From: a virus
Taxonomy: Duplodnaviria > Caudoviricetes
IMG/VR virus record: IMGVR_UViG_3300033233_000045
Location: 1 to 57,467 of that record
Strand: one strand, 5' to 3'
Length of the DNA: 57,467 bases
Position numbers and translations under genes: made by a program. This document shows positions 27,695-38,064 of the stretch, piece after piece. Below the pieces are notes generated by a model that was not told the DNA's origin, did no database searches, and saw only the letters and a program-made list of their open reading frames with translations. Every line of letters starts with the position of its first letter. Position 1 is the stretch's first letter.

Positions 27695-28173
27695 TGATCG
27701 AACAGGAACTGGAACGTCGTGCAGCGACGGGGATCCCGAATCCCTTCGAGCTGAAGCGGCCGGGGCGGGAGGTGCATTACAAGACTTTCACCGACGAGGA
27801 TCAGCCCGGCGTGACGCTGGAGTTGTCGCTTCGGAAGCCGGACGCCATCGACATGGGTCGGTGCGCCGCGCAGGTCGGGCGCATGACCGAACTTTATATT
27901 ACAGGCAACGATGAGATAGGGCCGGGTCCCTTCCCGCTGGTAGGCGGCGAGATGATCCCCGTGAGCGAAGAACTGTTCGGTCAGGCGTGCATGGTCTGGG
28001 CGATGCAGGCGCCGCCGGGCGAGAACCGCCAGTCCCGTCGCTGGGAGCCGGAGCACTTGGTCGCATGGGCGCTCACGATGCCCAATGCCTGGCGGGCCGT
28101 GCTGCGCTTCGTGGATGAGATCGGGCGGACGACGAGGCGGGCCGAGGGAAACGGAAAAGCGCCTACGGAGTGA
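27691..28173 (+). CDS. Tail assembly chaperone (gpG-like)
   Basis: Position; ends at a G GGA AAC slippery site. Confidence 0.7.
   Translation: MMIEQELERRAATGIPNPFELKRPGREVHYKTFTDEDQPGVTLELSLRKPDAIDMGRCAAQVGRMTELYITGNDEIGPGPFPLVGGEMIPVSEELFGQACMVWAMQAPPGENRQSRRWEPEHLVAWALTMPNAWRAVLRFVDEIGRTTRRAEGNGKAPTE
28146..28152 (+). other. -1 programmed frameshift site GGGAAAC
   Basis: In-register X XXY YYZ heptamer; the -1 frame is open into 28170-28457. Confidence 0.75.
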
Positions 28174-28457
28174 TCGTCCGGACGGCGCTGCACTATATCT
28201 ACGAGCATCCTGAAGTCACATTTCATCGACATGCATTGCTCGCGCGGATCGACGAACGGCTGGGGATGCTGATCGAGATGGCGGTCCTGTTCATCCGCGG
28301 CGGCGACACGGCGGGAGATTGGGCGCGGTTTGCGCGGACGGCGGCGGAACGGATGGCGCCGCTCTCTCACGATTGGCTGGGCGACCTGATGGAATTCGCG
28401 ACGGAGGACGCCGACGCGATGGACGAGGCCGAGATGAGGGCGAAGCACGGTGGCTGA
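28170..28457 (+). CDS. Tail assembly chaperone extension (gpT-like)
   Basis: -1 frame relative to the chaperone; abuts the tape measure gene. Confidence 0.7.
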   Translation: MIVRTALHYIYEHPEVTFHRHALLARIDERLGMLIEMAVLFIRGGDTAGDWARFARTAAERMAPLSHDWLGDLMEFATEDADAMDEAEMRAKHGG

Positions 28458-29421
28458 TCCCGTTTCCACATTACTGTCGGAATCGCTGCGGGCGCAATTA
28501 TTGATGCTCGGCGAACTGCGCTCTCTCCGCGCCTCGCAGGCCGGCGTGAATCGCGCCTTGGTCGCGGCCAGGATCGGCACAGCGGGCGGCGGGGTGTCCG
28601 TGGGGACGATGGCGACCGGGTTCGGCCGGCTGGGGACGGCCATCACGGTCGCCGTGGCGGCGTTCACGCTGCTGAAACGGACGTTCGACGCGGGCCGGGA
28701 CACGCTTCAGGCTCTCGCGGATCTGCGCCTGTTCGGTGGAGGATCGACCGGTCAATCGGCGCAGGCGGCGACGTTGTTCGCCGCCGTGGGGAACTCGGCG
28801 ACGCAGGTCGCGGATATTGCCGCCACACTGCGGACGAATATCGCGGCGGGCGGGTTCGCGCGAGGGGCCGCCTCGCAACTGGGCGTCGGAACCGTCCTGC
28901 CGCGTGGGCTGGGATCGACGAACGACGTGCAGATCCTGCTCCAAGTGGCCGCGGCCCTCCGACGCGTGACGAGCGAAGAGGAGGCTCGGCGGCTGGCGAT
29001 CCGGTTGGGGTTGCCCGACCTGCTGCGATTCAGAACGCTCACGGAGGAACAGTTCGCGGCGACGCGCCGGATCGCCGATTTTCAGCAACAGGTTCTCGGC
29101 GCCGGAGCGGAGGGACGTATCCAGCAGTTCACGGCCGACCTGAACAACCTGCTTTCGGTTGTGAAGCTCGGCCCGGCCGTCTTTACGGACTTCGTTCTGC
29201 GCCTTCTAGGTTACAAGGGGCAGGCCGGGGGCGGGCCGGGGAACGCCATCCAGCAGAACACGAGCGCGCTCCAGCAGAACACCGTCGCCATCGGCCAGAT
29301 GCGCGCGATCTTCGGCGGCGGTGAGCGCGCGCGCGGCGCGGTCCCGGCGGGCCTGCGCGGCGAACTGCTCCGCAAGGCGATGGAATCGGACGCGATCAAA
29401 CTGGGAGCGTTCTCCCTGTGA
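28450..29421 (+). CDS. Tape measure protein (short, 323 aa)
   Basis: Ala/Gly-rich and helical with a hydrophobic stretch; follows gpG/T. Confidence 0.7.
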   Translation: MADPVSTLLSESLRAQLLMLGELRSLRASQAGVNRALVAARIGTAGGGVSVGTMATGFGRLGTAITVAVAAFTLLKRTFDAGRDTLQALADLRLFGGGSTGQSAQAATLFAAVGNSATQVADIAATLRTNIAAGGFARGAASQLGVGTVLPRGLGSTNDVQILLQVAAALRRVTSEEEARRLAIRLGLPDLLRFRTLTEEQFAATRRIADFQQQVLGAGAEGRIQQFTADLNNLLSVVKLGPAVFTDFVLRLLGYKGQAGGGPGNAIQQNTSALQQNTVAIGQMRAIFGGGERARGAVPAGLRGELLRKAMESDAIKLGAFSL

Positions 29422-29504
29422 GCGGGACGTGCTGTCGGTTCTGCAACACTTTCGCCGTTTCTTGTTGCGTAGGCGTTTGACCGGGCGAGGCGCCTGGAGG
29501 ATCG

Positions 29505-32180
29505 ATGCCGGGATTAGGAGAGCGGACGGCAGCAGCGACGGGAGCGGTGATCACCCCAAACCGCGCGACCGACTTCGCGTTCGACCTGGACGAGGTGGTC
29601 CAGGTCGAGCCGCCGTGGTCGTTTCGGCGTTACGGTAACGAGATCGTCCCCGATCCGACCAGCGTGGTCGGTCAGTTCGACGTGGAGATGCTCGCCTCGG
29701 GCTACTGGATCGAGCGACCCCTGCAGGATCAACTGAACCGGCTGCACGAGCGCACCGAGACCAACTCCACGGTGATGCTGCTCTCTCAGTTCGAGTTGGC
29801 GCCGGACATCGTGCAAGAACCGCTCTACCGCACGCCCACGGAGTTGACGGGCCTCACTACCGGGGCGGCGGCGGGGCTGGCGCTCTTTAACAACGACCTG
29901 TTCTTTGGCTACCGGCGGGCGGCGGGGGCGATGTGGAACGCGCCGCTCACGACGGTCTCCCGTGTGAAGCCGACGCAGGAGACGGAGAACATTGTTCTCG
30001 ACCGCGCGATGGAGGCGAAAGTGGATCACCTGGAGGACCAGGCGTACCTCCTGCGGTTCCACCTCGCGGGAACGCACCGGCACGCGCCGGACAACCTCCT
30101 GACCTTCTACTTCGGGGGACCGCTCTTCGCGGAGGGGTATGGCGAATACGCACTCACCTTTCACGGACACGGCGGCTGCACGCTCCGGGAATACGCCGGC
30201 GGCCAATGGGTCAACCGCGACGAATGGCAGTGGACGACGCCCCACCAGGTGATGGACGCCGCGCACACGATGCGGATCATTCCCCACGTCCGCCGATACA
30301 TCGAGTTCAAAAGTGAGACGAACCGGCTGTTCACGCCCACGTTATACCTCGCGCCCCGGCCGGGGATCGGACCGTGGGCCGCGCCGCAAGGATCGCCCAC
30401 GGTGCAGCTTTACACGGTGAATCCCTCGGTGACGGGACAGCCGAGCCTGAATCCGAACTGGGTGACGGGCAAGGGGCGCGTGAAAGTGGACGTGCGGCGC
30501 GACCTGCGCGCCTATTGGCAGGTCGCGCGGCTCGAATACCCGCCCGGCGGCATCCTCGTGGATATGCCGTTCGTGATCCCGTGGGGGATGGACAACGCCG
30601 TCCCGCTGATCGCCCGCGCGGATGGATTCAAAGTGCTGCGGATGGCGTCCGGGGACAACGGCGAGGTGCTCGCGGACATTGTGATGACCGTATTCGACGT
30701 ACAGACGGGATTGCCGCTCCCCGCGCACGGATCGGGGACGGGCCTTCAACTCCCCGGCGACGAGAACCAACTGAATGTCGGGTTCAACTTTTCCTCCGTG
30801 GACGGGACGCGAACGGCCTTTCTGCGCGGCTGGAACGTCGAACGGGCGGGGCAGCAGGCGACGAAGGTGATCGGGCTCACGCTGGGAGGGCAACTCACTG
30901 AGGTCTCGATCACGGGACCCTCGGCGGACCCCACGCACGAGACGGCCTCGCTCACGATCGAAGACACGAAGAACGAGTTAAACGAGTTGCGCGAGCGCGG
31001 CGGAATGAACTGCCGGGTGCAGACCCAGTATGACGCGGGCGACCCGACGCTGAAGTCGGTGCTCTTCTACGGCCGCGTGACGAGGGCGGACGCAAACCTG
31101 ATCGGCCCGGACGTCGGGCAGACGTATCCCGCGCCGGGATGGCGGCGGCTCGACGTGCAACTGGTGGGGGAGTGGCAGCGGCTCGCCGATCAATTGATGA
31201 TCGGCCAGTTCGACTTCACAAGCGACCGGGCCGCGCCGCAATCGGAATGGATCGCCGGGACGCCCCCCGCGTGGAAGATCGGCGACGCCGTAAAGGAGAT
31301 GATCCGCGCCGCGGGCTATCCGGACAACCAGATCGACGTGAGCCAGATTCCCGACGGGCTGCGGTTGCCGATCTCCACGGAGGATTCCCAGAACTACTAC
31401 CCGCTTCCGTTTACGAGCATCGGTGATTACGTGCAGCGGGTCTTGCGCGACTACCTGGGCGCGTATCTGATCTGGGACGCGAACGCCGAGAACGGCGGCT
31501 TTCGCGGCATGTGGCGCGTGCGGCTGGGACCCGTGATCGCGGCCGGGGCGACGCCGCTGTGGGAGTTCGTGAACGACGAGCCGCCGCCAGCCGCCGGCCC
31601 GGCCGGGACGCGCACGCTCACATTCCGGTCGGAAGCGTTCGGGGCGAACAAGAGCCCGGTCCGCCGAGGCAGTTTTCACAGCTACGTCTCGCCTCCCGAG
31701 GCGAACGCGGTGATCGTGACGACGACCGGGGCGCTGTTGCCGAGCAAGGCAAACACCGGCGTCGTCCAGTCGCTCATCAACTATCGCAGCTACAATCCGC
31801 CCGGCCACACGCCCGACCTGGCCGTGCCGGGGCCGACCAATCCCGACTACCTGGGCCGGTTCATCCCCCTCGTGTTGACGGACGCGGGTCTCGCCACGGG
31901 CGACACACCGGAGAAACGGCAGGCGGCGGTCGATCTCGTGGCGCGGCGGCTGTATAACATCGCCTGCCGGGCCACGAAGCACGCCTCGTGGGAGGCGGAA
32001 CTGGTGCTGATAACCGATCCGACGGACACGTTTCAGACGCGGAAGCGGCCGTTGCAGTACGGGGATTTTGTCCGCGTGGACGGGATCGACCACCTCGTGC
32101 GGTCATGCAACCCCTCCTACTCCCGCGACCATCTGCAGATGGCGCATTATGAGGCGGAGGTCTACCGGGCGCCGGACTAG
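29505..32180 (+). CDS. Tail tip/baseplate hub-like protein
   Basis: 891 aa after the TMP; C-terminal PLQYGDFVRVDG. Confidence 0.55.
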   Translation: MPGLGERTAAATGAVITPNRATDFAFDLDEVVQVEPPWSFRRYGNEIVPDPTSVVGQFDVEMLASGYWIERPLQDQLNRLHERTETNSTVMLLSQFELAPDIVQEPLYRTPTELTGLTTGAAAGLALFNNDLFFGYRRAAGAMWNAPLTTVSRVKPTQETENIVLDRAMEAKVDHLEDQAYLLRFHLAGTHRHAPDNLLTFYFGGPLFAEGYGEYALTFHGHGGCTLREYAGGQWVNRDEWQWTTPHQVMDAAHTMRIIPHVRRYIEFKSETNRLFTPTLYLAPRPGIGPWAAPQGSPTVQLYTVNPSVTGQPSLNPNWVTGKGRVKVDVRRDLRAYWQVARLEYPPGGILVDMPFVIPWGMDNAVPLIARADGFKVLRMASGDNGEVLADIVMTVFDVQTGLPLPAHGSGTGLQLPGDENQLNVGFNFSSVDGTRTAFLRGWNVERAGQQATKVIGLTLGGQLTEVSITGPSADPTHETASLTIEDTKNELNELRERGGMNCRVQTQYDAGDPTLKSVLFYGRVTRADANLIGPDVGQTYPAPGWRRLDVQLVGEWQRLADQLMIGQFDFTSDRAAPQSEWIAGTPPAWKIGDAVKEMIRAAGYPDNQIDVSQIPDGLRLPISTEDSQNYYPLPFTSIGDYVQRVLRDYLGAYLIWDANAENGGFRGMWRVRLGPVIAAGATPLWEFVNDEPPPAAGPAGTRTLTFRSEAFGANKSPVRRGSFHSYVSPPEANAVIVTTTGALLPSKANTGVVQSLINYRSYNPPGHTPDLAVPGPTNPDYLGRFIPLVLTDAGLATGDTPEKRQAAVDLVARRLYNIACRATKHASWEAELVLITDPTDTFQTRKRPLQYGDFVRVDGIDHLVRSCNPSYSRDHLQMAHYEAEVYRAPD

Positions 32181-32189
32181 GGAGAACGG

Positions 32190-32432
32190 ATGGCCGACGG
32201 AATCGAGATTCTGCGGCGGCAGTATCAACGGGTGGTGACCGCGAACGTTGGGCGCGGCCCGAAGAGCCGCCGCCAGATCGAGGCTGAGCCGGGCTGGGAC
32301 GGCCAGGATCATCTGCTCCTGAAACTACCCGTGGAGACGAGCGCGCTGAACTCGATCCAGGACGCGGCCACGGGGATGTTCGCGTTCATGTTCGACTTCT
32401 CGGCCTTCGACGGGCCGAGCGCGTGGGTGTAA
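32190..32432 (+). CDS. Small tail protein
   Basis: GGAG RBS; abuts the next gene. Confidence 0.5.
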   Translation: MADGIEILRRQYQRVVTANVGRGPKSRRQIEAEPGWDGQDHLLLKLPVETSALNSIQDAATGMFAFMFDFSAFDGPSAWV

Positions 32433-34781
32433 ATGGCAGGACTGTCGCCGGACGTGGAGGTGATCGCCGCCCAGAGCTTTACGCTCTCGGGAACGGTGCA
32501 GATCAACGCGGGGGGAACTCCGGGCAGCGGAAACCAGGTGTTCCTCGGCCTCCACGGGACGATTGCCGGCGGCGAGGCGTGGCGACTGCGGCGGACGTTG
32601 GTGGACGTGGGACCGGTCGGCTTCCCCGACTGGCGGGCGGACCTGTTTCTGCGGAAGCCGCGCGAGATCGCGGAAACGGTGCTGGAAAGCCTGGTCCTCG
32701 GGGCGACCATTCCCACCGCGACCTATTTCACGCCGGTCTCGTTCACGGCGACGCTCGGTCCCTACCGGCTGGGCGCGCGGCTCGGCGTTTCCGCCGTGAC
32801 CATTCCGGCGGGAGCGCCGGTGGACAACGCGGAGAGTGGGGCCATCGTCTACGCCTGGTATGAGGACGCGGCCACGGTCTACAACGAGACCGTGGCCGGC
32901 CAAAACGTATTGCTGCCGCCGTTCCTGATCGCCGGGGAACCGACGCTGATCGTGACGGCGGCGGGCGGCCTGGTGGTGGACGCCTCGGGCGGCGTCGGCG
33001 GCGGCGAGAAGGTGATGAAGTTCACCGTGATTACGATCAACGGGACGCTGCTCGACGTGGCCGGGATGGCGCTCTCCGACGCCGATTGGCAAGAGGTCGC
33101 CGCGGGATCGTTCAATCTGACCGGAAATCCGGCCGCGGCGTCATTCACAGCCGCGCCGGGCGCGACGGTCACCTACGACGCGGAGGTCCGCGACTACGCG
33201 GGGACCGTGATCGCGACCGCCCAGATCCTTGACAACTGGCTGACAACCGTGGAACTGCACAACGCGGTCCAGAAGACGCCGTTCGCGGCCACTGTGCCGC
33301 TTGCGCCCACGGCCTACGTCGTGCCGATAAACACCAGCTACTCGAGGCCGTCGCGGAATCAGCCGGGCGAGGTGATCCTCACCATGAGCGCGGCCTGGAT
33401 GGCGGCGAACGAGTGGGATTCCGCCGATCTGCCGGTGGTGCTGGAGCAGGCGTCGGTGGTGACGGGCGCGCTGAGCTACCTGCCGGTCCGCGTGACGCAT
33501 CAGGCCGCCGTGGAGGTGGACCGACCGATCGGAGGACGGCCCTCCTCCTGGATCATCAACTCCGGGGCGAACGGCAGCGTGGGCGAGACGGCCGGGGCGA
33601 CCGTGTTCACGGTCACGAACACGGCCGCCCGGTTCACGCGGACATTTGCGGAAAACTGGCGGAACCTCATCGATTCCTCGAAGCCCGATTTTGGGGTGGA
33701 CCGTTACGAGATCCTGCGGCGGCATTATCTTTCCGATCTGGGGGAGCCGCAGACCGTTTACCCGGAGGACGTGTGGTGGTGGAACAGCTACCAGTTCCTG
33801 CGCCTGAACGTGACCGCGACGGGCACGGCCACGCTGACGCTTCAGGTGGACGGGATCGACCTTCAAGCGCTGGACACTCATAACCCGGATCCGGTCGCTC
33901 GGACCGCCGCGCTCGGATTCAGTCACCGCGCGGAGCGCAGAATCTACACCGTGACGGTTACGGCGGGGACGGTGGACTATTGGATCGACCTCTCGTTCCC
34001 GACGGCCTATATTTCGGAGAGCGGCGCCTATTTCCCGATGCGACGGCCCCGCGTGGACACGCTCACTCTTTCCGCGTCGGCGACAGGAACGTTCACGGTG
34101 AACGCGATGGAGTTGTCCCGGCGGGACAGTTACCCGAATCAGGCGTCCGTGGCGTTCTCGCCCGTCTCGGGCTACAACGCGGAGTGGTGCGGCATGTATC
34201 TCCGCGTGGATGGGGAGGCGACGCCGACGCTCACGTTCCCCGACGACGTGAACAAGGGAATGGAGTCTGACCTGGGAGTGGGCGGCGCTCCCCGTCACGC
34301 GGCTCCGGAAACTGAAGAGCAGCGAACGGTGGAGACGTTCTGGTCGGATCTGGCGAAGTGGGAGGGGTTCGCGGTCACCTATGACGACACCGCGCGGGCC
34401 GCGTTCCACCGGGACGGTTTCGGGACGGAGTTCGTCTCGAGGTTCGGCGAGCCGGCGCAGTACGCCCGCGAGACGACGCCGGGGACGGATTGGACGGGGA
34501 GCGCAGACGCCCACTCGTTTCAGCCGCTTCACTCGCTCCGGGTCGGGAGCGTCCAGTTCCCGAACGCGGTGAACGTGACGCTCCGGGGTCGGAAGCGTCT
34601 CGGCGGCGGCGTCGAGGCGGTCGTCTGCGTGGGAGGCGCTCGGGGACCGGCCGCGCTTACGTTTCGGCTTCTGGACGCGGCGAACAACGTGCTCGCGACG
34701 GGAATCACGTCCGACGCGCGGGGACGCATCCATTACGAGCCGGTAAAGCCCGGCAAAATTGTGAGGTTCGAGGCAACATGA
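32433..34781 (+). CDS. Minor tail protein
   Basis: 782 aa, beta-rich, in the tail module. Confidence 0.55.
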   Translation: MAGLSPDVEVIAAQSFTLSGTVQINAGGTPGSGNQVFLGLHGTIAGGEAWRLRRTLVDVGPVGFPDWRADLFLRKPREIAETVLESLVLGATIPTATYFTPVSFTATLGPYRLGARLGVSAVTIPAGAPVDNAESGAIVYAWYEDAATVYNETVAGQNVLLPPFLIAGEPTLIVTAAGGLVVDASGGVGGGEKVMKFTVITINGTLLDVAGMALSDADWQEVAAGSFNLTGNPAAASFTAAPGATVTYDAEVRDYAGTVIATAQILDNWLTTVELHNAVQKTPFAATVPLAPTAYVVPINTSYSRPSRNQPGEVILTMSAAWMAANEWDSADLPVVLEQASVVTGALSYLPVRVTHQAAVEVDRPIGGRPSSWIINSGANGSVGETAGATVFTVTNTAARFTRTFAENWRNLIDSSKPDFGVDRYEILRRHYLSDLGEPQTVYPEDVWWWNSYQFLRLNVTATGTATLTLQVDGIDLQALDTHNPDPVARTAALGFSHRAERRIYTVTVTAGTVDYWIDLSFPTAYISESGAYFPMRRPRVDTLTLSASATGTFTVNAMELSRRDSYPNQASVAFSPVSGYNAEWCGMYLRVDGEATPTLTFPDDVNKGMESDLGVGGAPRHAAPETEEQRTVETFWSDLAKWEGFAVTYDDTARAAFHRDGFGTEFVSRFGEPAQYARETTPGTDWTGSADAHSFQPLHSLRVGSVQFPNAVNVTLRGRKRLGGGVEAVVCVGGARGPAALTFRLLDAANNVLATGITSDARGRIHYEPVKPGKIVRFEAT

Positions 34782-34999
34782 GCGACACCATTTACCCGCT
34801 GACGACGGCCGGAAGGACGGTCATTCCGATCGCGGGATCAGAACTCTTCTCGGTCACGCCGAAGGGCTGGCAGTGCCCGGTCTGCAAGGCCGTTTGGGCG
34901 CCCCATTGGCCGGGCTGCTCCAACTGCAACCGGCCCGCGCAGGAAAAGTCGGTCTACGGCGCGACGGCGATGATCACGCGCGGGAAATCGGATGACTGA
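34778..34999 (+). CDS. Small zinc-finger protein
   Basis: GWQCPVC..WAP..GCSNC; ATGA overlap. Confidence 0.6.
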   Translation: MSDTIYPLTTAGRTVIPIAGSELFSVTPKGWQCPVCKAVWAPHWPGCSNCNRPAQEKSVYGATAMITRGKSDD

Positions 35000-35646
35000 T
35001 GGCCGTCGCCGTCCACACGCGCCAGACGTCGCATCTGCCGTGCATCGCCTCGGGCGGCCCGACGGCGCTCAACCCGCGCAACTACGAGCACCGGATGGGA
35101 TCCTACTTCGAGACGTTCATCCGGAACGGGGACGTCTGGCATCGTCGGTCCTACGCGGCCTCGCCGCCGTTTGCGTGGGAGTTGCCGGTCACGACGACCG
35201 GGGACGCGAGTTTCCCGTGGTCCTACGTCCTCTCGTGGCGACGGATCACGCTGCTCTACGTCCGAGGCGCGGCCGACACGTGGATCACCGTTTCGGATGA
35301 CGAGGGGCTGACCTGGGAGACGCCGACGTTGAGCATCGCGGGCGGGGTGAAACCTTACGGGGTGGTCTGTCCGTATACGGGAACGGAGTGGATCGCGGCG
35401 TTCGTGACGGCGACGGAAAAGATCGGGATGCGCCGGCGCTACGGAGGCGCGGCGACGTTCGAGGCGCAGGTGAACCTGAAAGATTCCGCGGGCGCGGATC
35501 TGCTCTTCGAGAACGACACGTTCGCGTTCTGGGTGGGCTATGAGAATGCCGCGCGGTTGATGCTGCACGCCCACATCAAGGGCGAGAGCGCAACGAGCAC
35601 GTGGCACTCGGCCGATGACGGCGCGACGTGGGCGCGCTTCACTTAG
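34999..35646 (+). CDS. BNR/Asp-box beta-propeller tail protein
   Basis: SDDEGLTW and SADDGATW Asp-boxes. Confidence 0.65.
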   Translation: MAVAVHTRQTSHLPCIASGGPTALNPRNYEHRMGSYFETFIRNGDVWHRRSYAASPPFAWELPVTTTGDASFPWSYVLSWRRITLLYVRGAADTWITVSDDEGLTWETPTLSIAGGVKPYGVVCPYTGTEWIAAFVTATEKIGMRRRYGGAATFEAQVNLKDSAGADLLFENDTFAFWVGYENAARLMLHAHIKGESATSTWHSADDGATWARFT

Positions 35647-35659
35647 GGAGAGGAAACAA

Positions 35660-36004
35660 ATGCCGGAGACCGTGGAGCGAGAAATCGTTGTGGACGCGAT
35701 GCCGGAGACGGCGACGGAGCCGTGCCGGCACGAGCATTTCGAGACCGGATTCGGTTTCGTGCGCGTGGAGGCGCCGGGAACGGACACGGCGATGGGGTGG
35801 GCGATGCAATTGCAGGTCCGTTGCGCCGACTGCCACGAGCCGTTCGCGTTCCTGGGACTCGACCCGGCTGGGGCGCCCAACCGCGCGATCACGGCGCCGG
35901 ACCGGCTCACCGCGGTGATTCCCATCGTCCCCACGTCGCGGGCCCCGCGCGTCGGACCGCGCATTGTATTGGCGCGACCGGGCGATCTGCCGCGGATCAA
36001 CTGA
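35660..36004 (+). CDS. Hypothetical protein with CxH/CxxC motifs
   Basis: CRHEHF, CADCHEPFAFLG; GGAGAGG RBS. Confidence 0.55.
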   Translation: MPETVEREIVVDAMPETATEPCRHEHFETGFGFVRVEAPGTDTAMGWAMQLQVRCADCHEPFAFLGLDPAGAPNRAITAPDRLTAVIPIVPTSRAPRVGPRIVLARPGDLPRIN

Positions 36005-36006
36005 CG

Positions 36007-36762
36007 ATGCCGACGTATAACCTGCTCTCCACGCAGTTGCCGGTGATGCCGACGCCGACGACGGGTCTTCAGAACCCGGCGTCAGTGACGCCGCTGCTCT
36101 ACGATGCGATTATCGCCGGCGAGACCGTGAACGCGCGCCCGAAGGTGAACCGGAACACCGTCCGTGACGAGATGATCGGTCGGCACGGCGGCGGCGTCTA
36201 CGCCGTCCAAACGGGGCTGAACCTCGCCATCGGCTCCGGGCTGAACGTGGTCGTGCAGGCGGGACAGGCGATCATCGACGGGCCGCGGACGGTCGCGGCG
36301 AACACCAACGTCGCCGTCTCGAACGCGATCACGAACGGGACGGTCTGGATGACGCAGGCGGGGGCGCTCTCAGCCTCGGTGAACCTGACGCCACCCGCGG
36401 GAAACGTCTGTTTCCTCGGGTTCTACACCACGGCAGGAGGGGTCGTCACCGCCGTGGACGAGTCGGGCGTGCTTCGGCTCGATCAGGGGAACACGCCGCT
36501 GCGGCGGACGGCGGACACGAGCGTGCCCGGCGACACGCCGCCGTCGACGCTGCGGTTCTGGAACAAGTGCCCCGGCGGCCTGTTCCTGTGGGACGGGCTG
36601 GCGTGGAACACGGCCGCGGGCGATCAAGGAGCTACGCTGCCGCTCACGATCGGCTCAACCGAATCGTGGGTGATCCCGGCGGGGCGGCAGGCGGTGATCG
36701 CCACGCTCTCGGTGCTGGGCAGCCTGACCGTGAACGGACTGCTCAAGGTGGTGGGGGATTAG
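36007..36762 (+). CDS. Minor tail/fibre-base protein
   Basis: GLNVVVQAGQAIIDG beta-rich motif. Confidence 0.55.
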   Translation: MPTYNLLSTQLPVMPTPTTGLQNPASVTPLLYDAIIAGETVNARPKVNRNTVRDEMIGRHGGGVYAVQTGLNLAIGSGLNVVVQAGQAIIDGPRTVAANTNVAVSNAITNGTVWMTQAGALSASVNLTPPAGNVCFLGFYTTAGGVVTAVDESGVLRLDQGNTPLRRTADTSVPGDTPPSTLRFWNKCPGGLFLWDGLAWNTAAGDQGATLPLTIGSTESWVIPAGRQAVIATLSVLGSLTVNGLLKVVGD

Positions 36763-37380
36763 ATGGGTGGAGTGATCAGCACGGGTCTGGTGCGGGGGAG
36801 CCGGCTCGCCAAAAGCGTCGCGGGCGCCGCGAACGTCACCCTCACTGCCGATGAGGCGCAGAACCGGGTGCTGGAGTTCACCGGAGCGCTCACCGGCAGC
36901 ATCAGCGTGGGCGTCCCCGACGCCGTGGCGACTGCCGGGGCCGAATGGCTCGTGTTCAACAACACGACCGGGCTGTTCACCCTCACGGCCAAGACCGTAA
37001 GCGGAACAGGAATCGTCGTCGCCCAGGGGCGCAAGGCGATCCTCTACTCGGACGGAACGAACCTGGTCACGGGGGTGGCTCAGGACGAGGGACGGTCCAC
37101 GGTCAACATGGCGAGCGACGCCGACATCACGCTCACGGCGGCGCAGGCGGCGGCAGGGATCATCGAGATCACCTCGACCGTGCTCACCGCCACCCGGAAC
37201 GTGATCCTGCCCACCTCCGACGGGCGGGTGTGGATCGTCCACAACAACACTTCGACGACGCCGCAATCGCTCGTGTTCAAGACGAGCGCGGGGACGGGCG
37301 TCACCGTGGCGGCGGCGGCGCGCCGGGCGCTTATCTACTGTGACGGCACAAACATCGTGGCCGCCGCCACGGCGATCTAG
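36763..37380 (+). CDS. Protein made of two copies of the shared module
   Basis: NVTLT..FTGALT..WLVFNNTT..KT.SGTG pattern occurs twice. Confidence 0.7.
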   Translation: MGGVISTGLVRGSRLAKSVAGAANVTLTADEAQNRVLEFTGALTGSISVGVPDAVATAGAEWLVFNNTTGLFTLTAKTVSGTGIVVAQGRKAILYSDGTNLVTGVAQDEGRSTVNMASDADITLTAAQAAAGIIEITSTVLTATRNVILPTSDGRVWIVHNNTSTTPQSLVFKTSAGTGVTVAAAARRALIYCDGTNIVAAATAI

Positions 37381-37388
37381 GGGGGGGA

Positions 37389-37697
37389 ATGAAACAACTG
37401 GCACACTTCGGAACGCGGGTGGCGACGATCTTCGCTGAAGTGGACGAGGAGGGGAACAACCTGCGCGAGATTCCCGTGGAGATCGGCCTGCGCGCGCTGT
37501 CGGCGTCCGCGTTTCTGGAACTGTTCCAACGCCTGCATGAGGAACGGAACGCGAAACGGGAGCAGATGGGACTGCCGCCACTGGCGATGGACGCCGCGAC
37601 CGTGAATCTGCTCGAGTACGCGAGAAAACTCCAGGGCGAGGCGCAAGAGGCGGCGCTGCTGCAAAAAGTGGAGCAGAGCCGCGCGGGACGGGAGTGA
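37389..37697 (+). CDS. Hypothetical protein (fibre chaperone-like)
   Basis: Short acidic/coiled-coil ORF after a fibre-module gene. Confidence 0.45.
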   Translation: MKQLAHFGTRVATIFAEVDEEGNNLREIPVEIGLRALSASAFLELFQRLHEERNAKREQMGLPPLAMDAATVNLLEYARKLQGEAQEAALLQKVEQSRAGRE

Positions 37698-37698
37698 C

Positions 37699-38064
37699 AT
37701 GGCGCGTCGGGTCACCACGGTGTTGGCGTCCGCGCAGCGGCAGGGTAGCGTCACCAGCGCGCCGCTGGTCCCGAATACTGCCTCGCGCGATTTCGTGGTC
37801 GGTGTCTCCCTGGATGCTCTCAACGTTGTGGACGGCGCGAATACAATGGATGTTGTATTGGAAGGATCGTTTGACGCGGGAATTTCCTGGCGTCTGTTGG
37901 CGGCGACGACGTGGCAGGGCGGGTTTATCGGGCGCGACGGGCTGCCGGTCGCGCCTCGGATCGGAACGAGATCCGACGTCAACCCCGATCAGATCCGAAT
38001 CAGACTAGATGGAGTGCGCCGGCAACGGATCGCCGCCCTCGTTGACGAGGATCAGGGTGGGTAG
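37699..38064 (+). CDS. Small beta-sandwich virion protein
   Basis: VVLEGSFDAGISW. Confidence 0.5.
   Translation: MARRVTTVLASAQRQGSVTSAPLVPNTASRDFVVGVSLDALNVVDGANTMDVVLEGSFDAGISWRLLAATTWQGGFIGRDGLPVAPRIGTRSDVNPDQIRIRLDGVRRQRIAALVDEDQGG

Noticed and set aside
8844-29453. GCAACACTTTC shared by two intergenic regions as a recombination site pair
   Set aside because: 11-bp matches are expected by chance in 57 kb and no other support was seen
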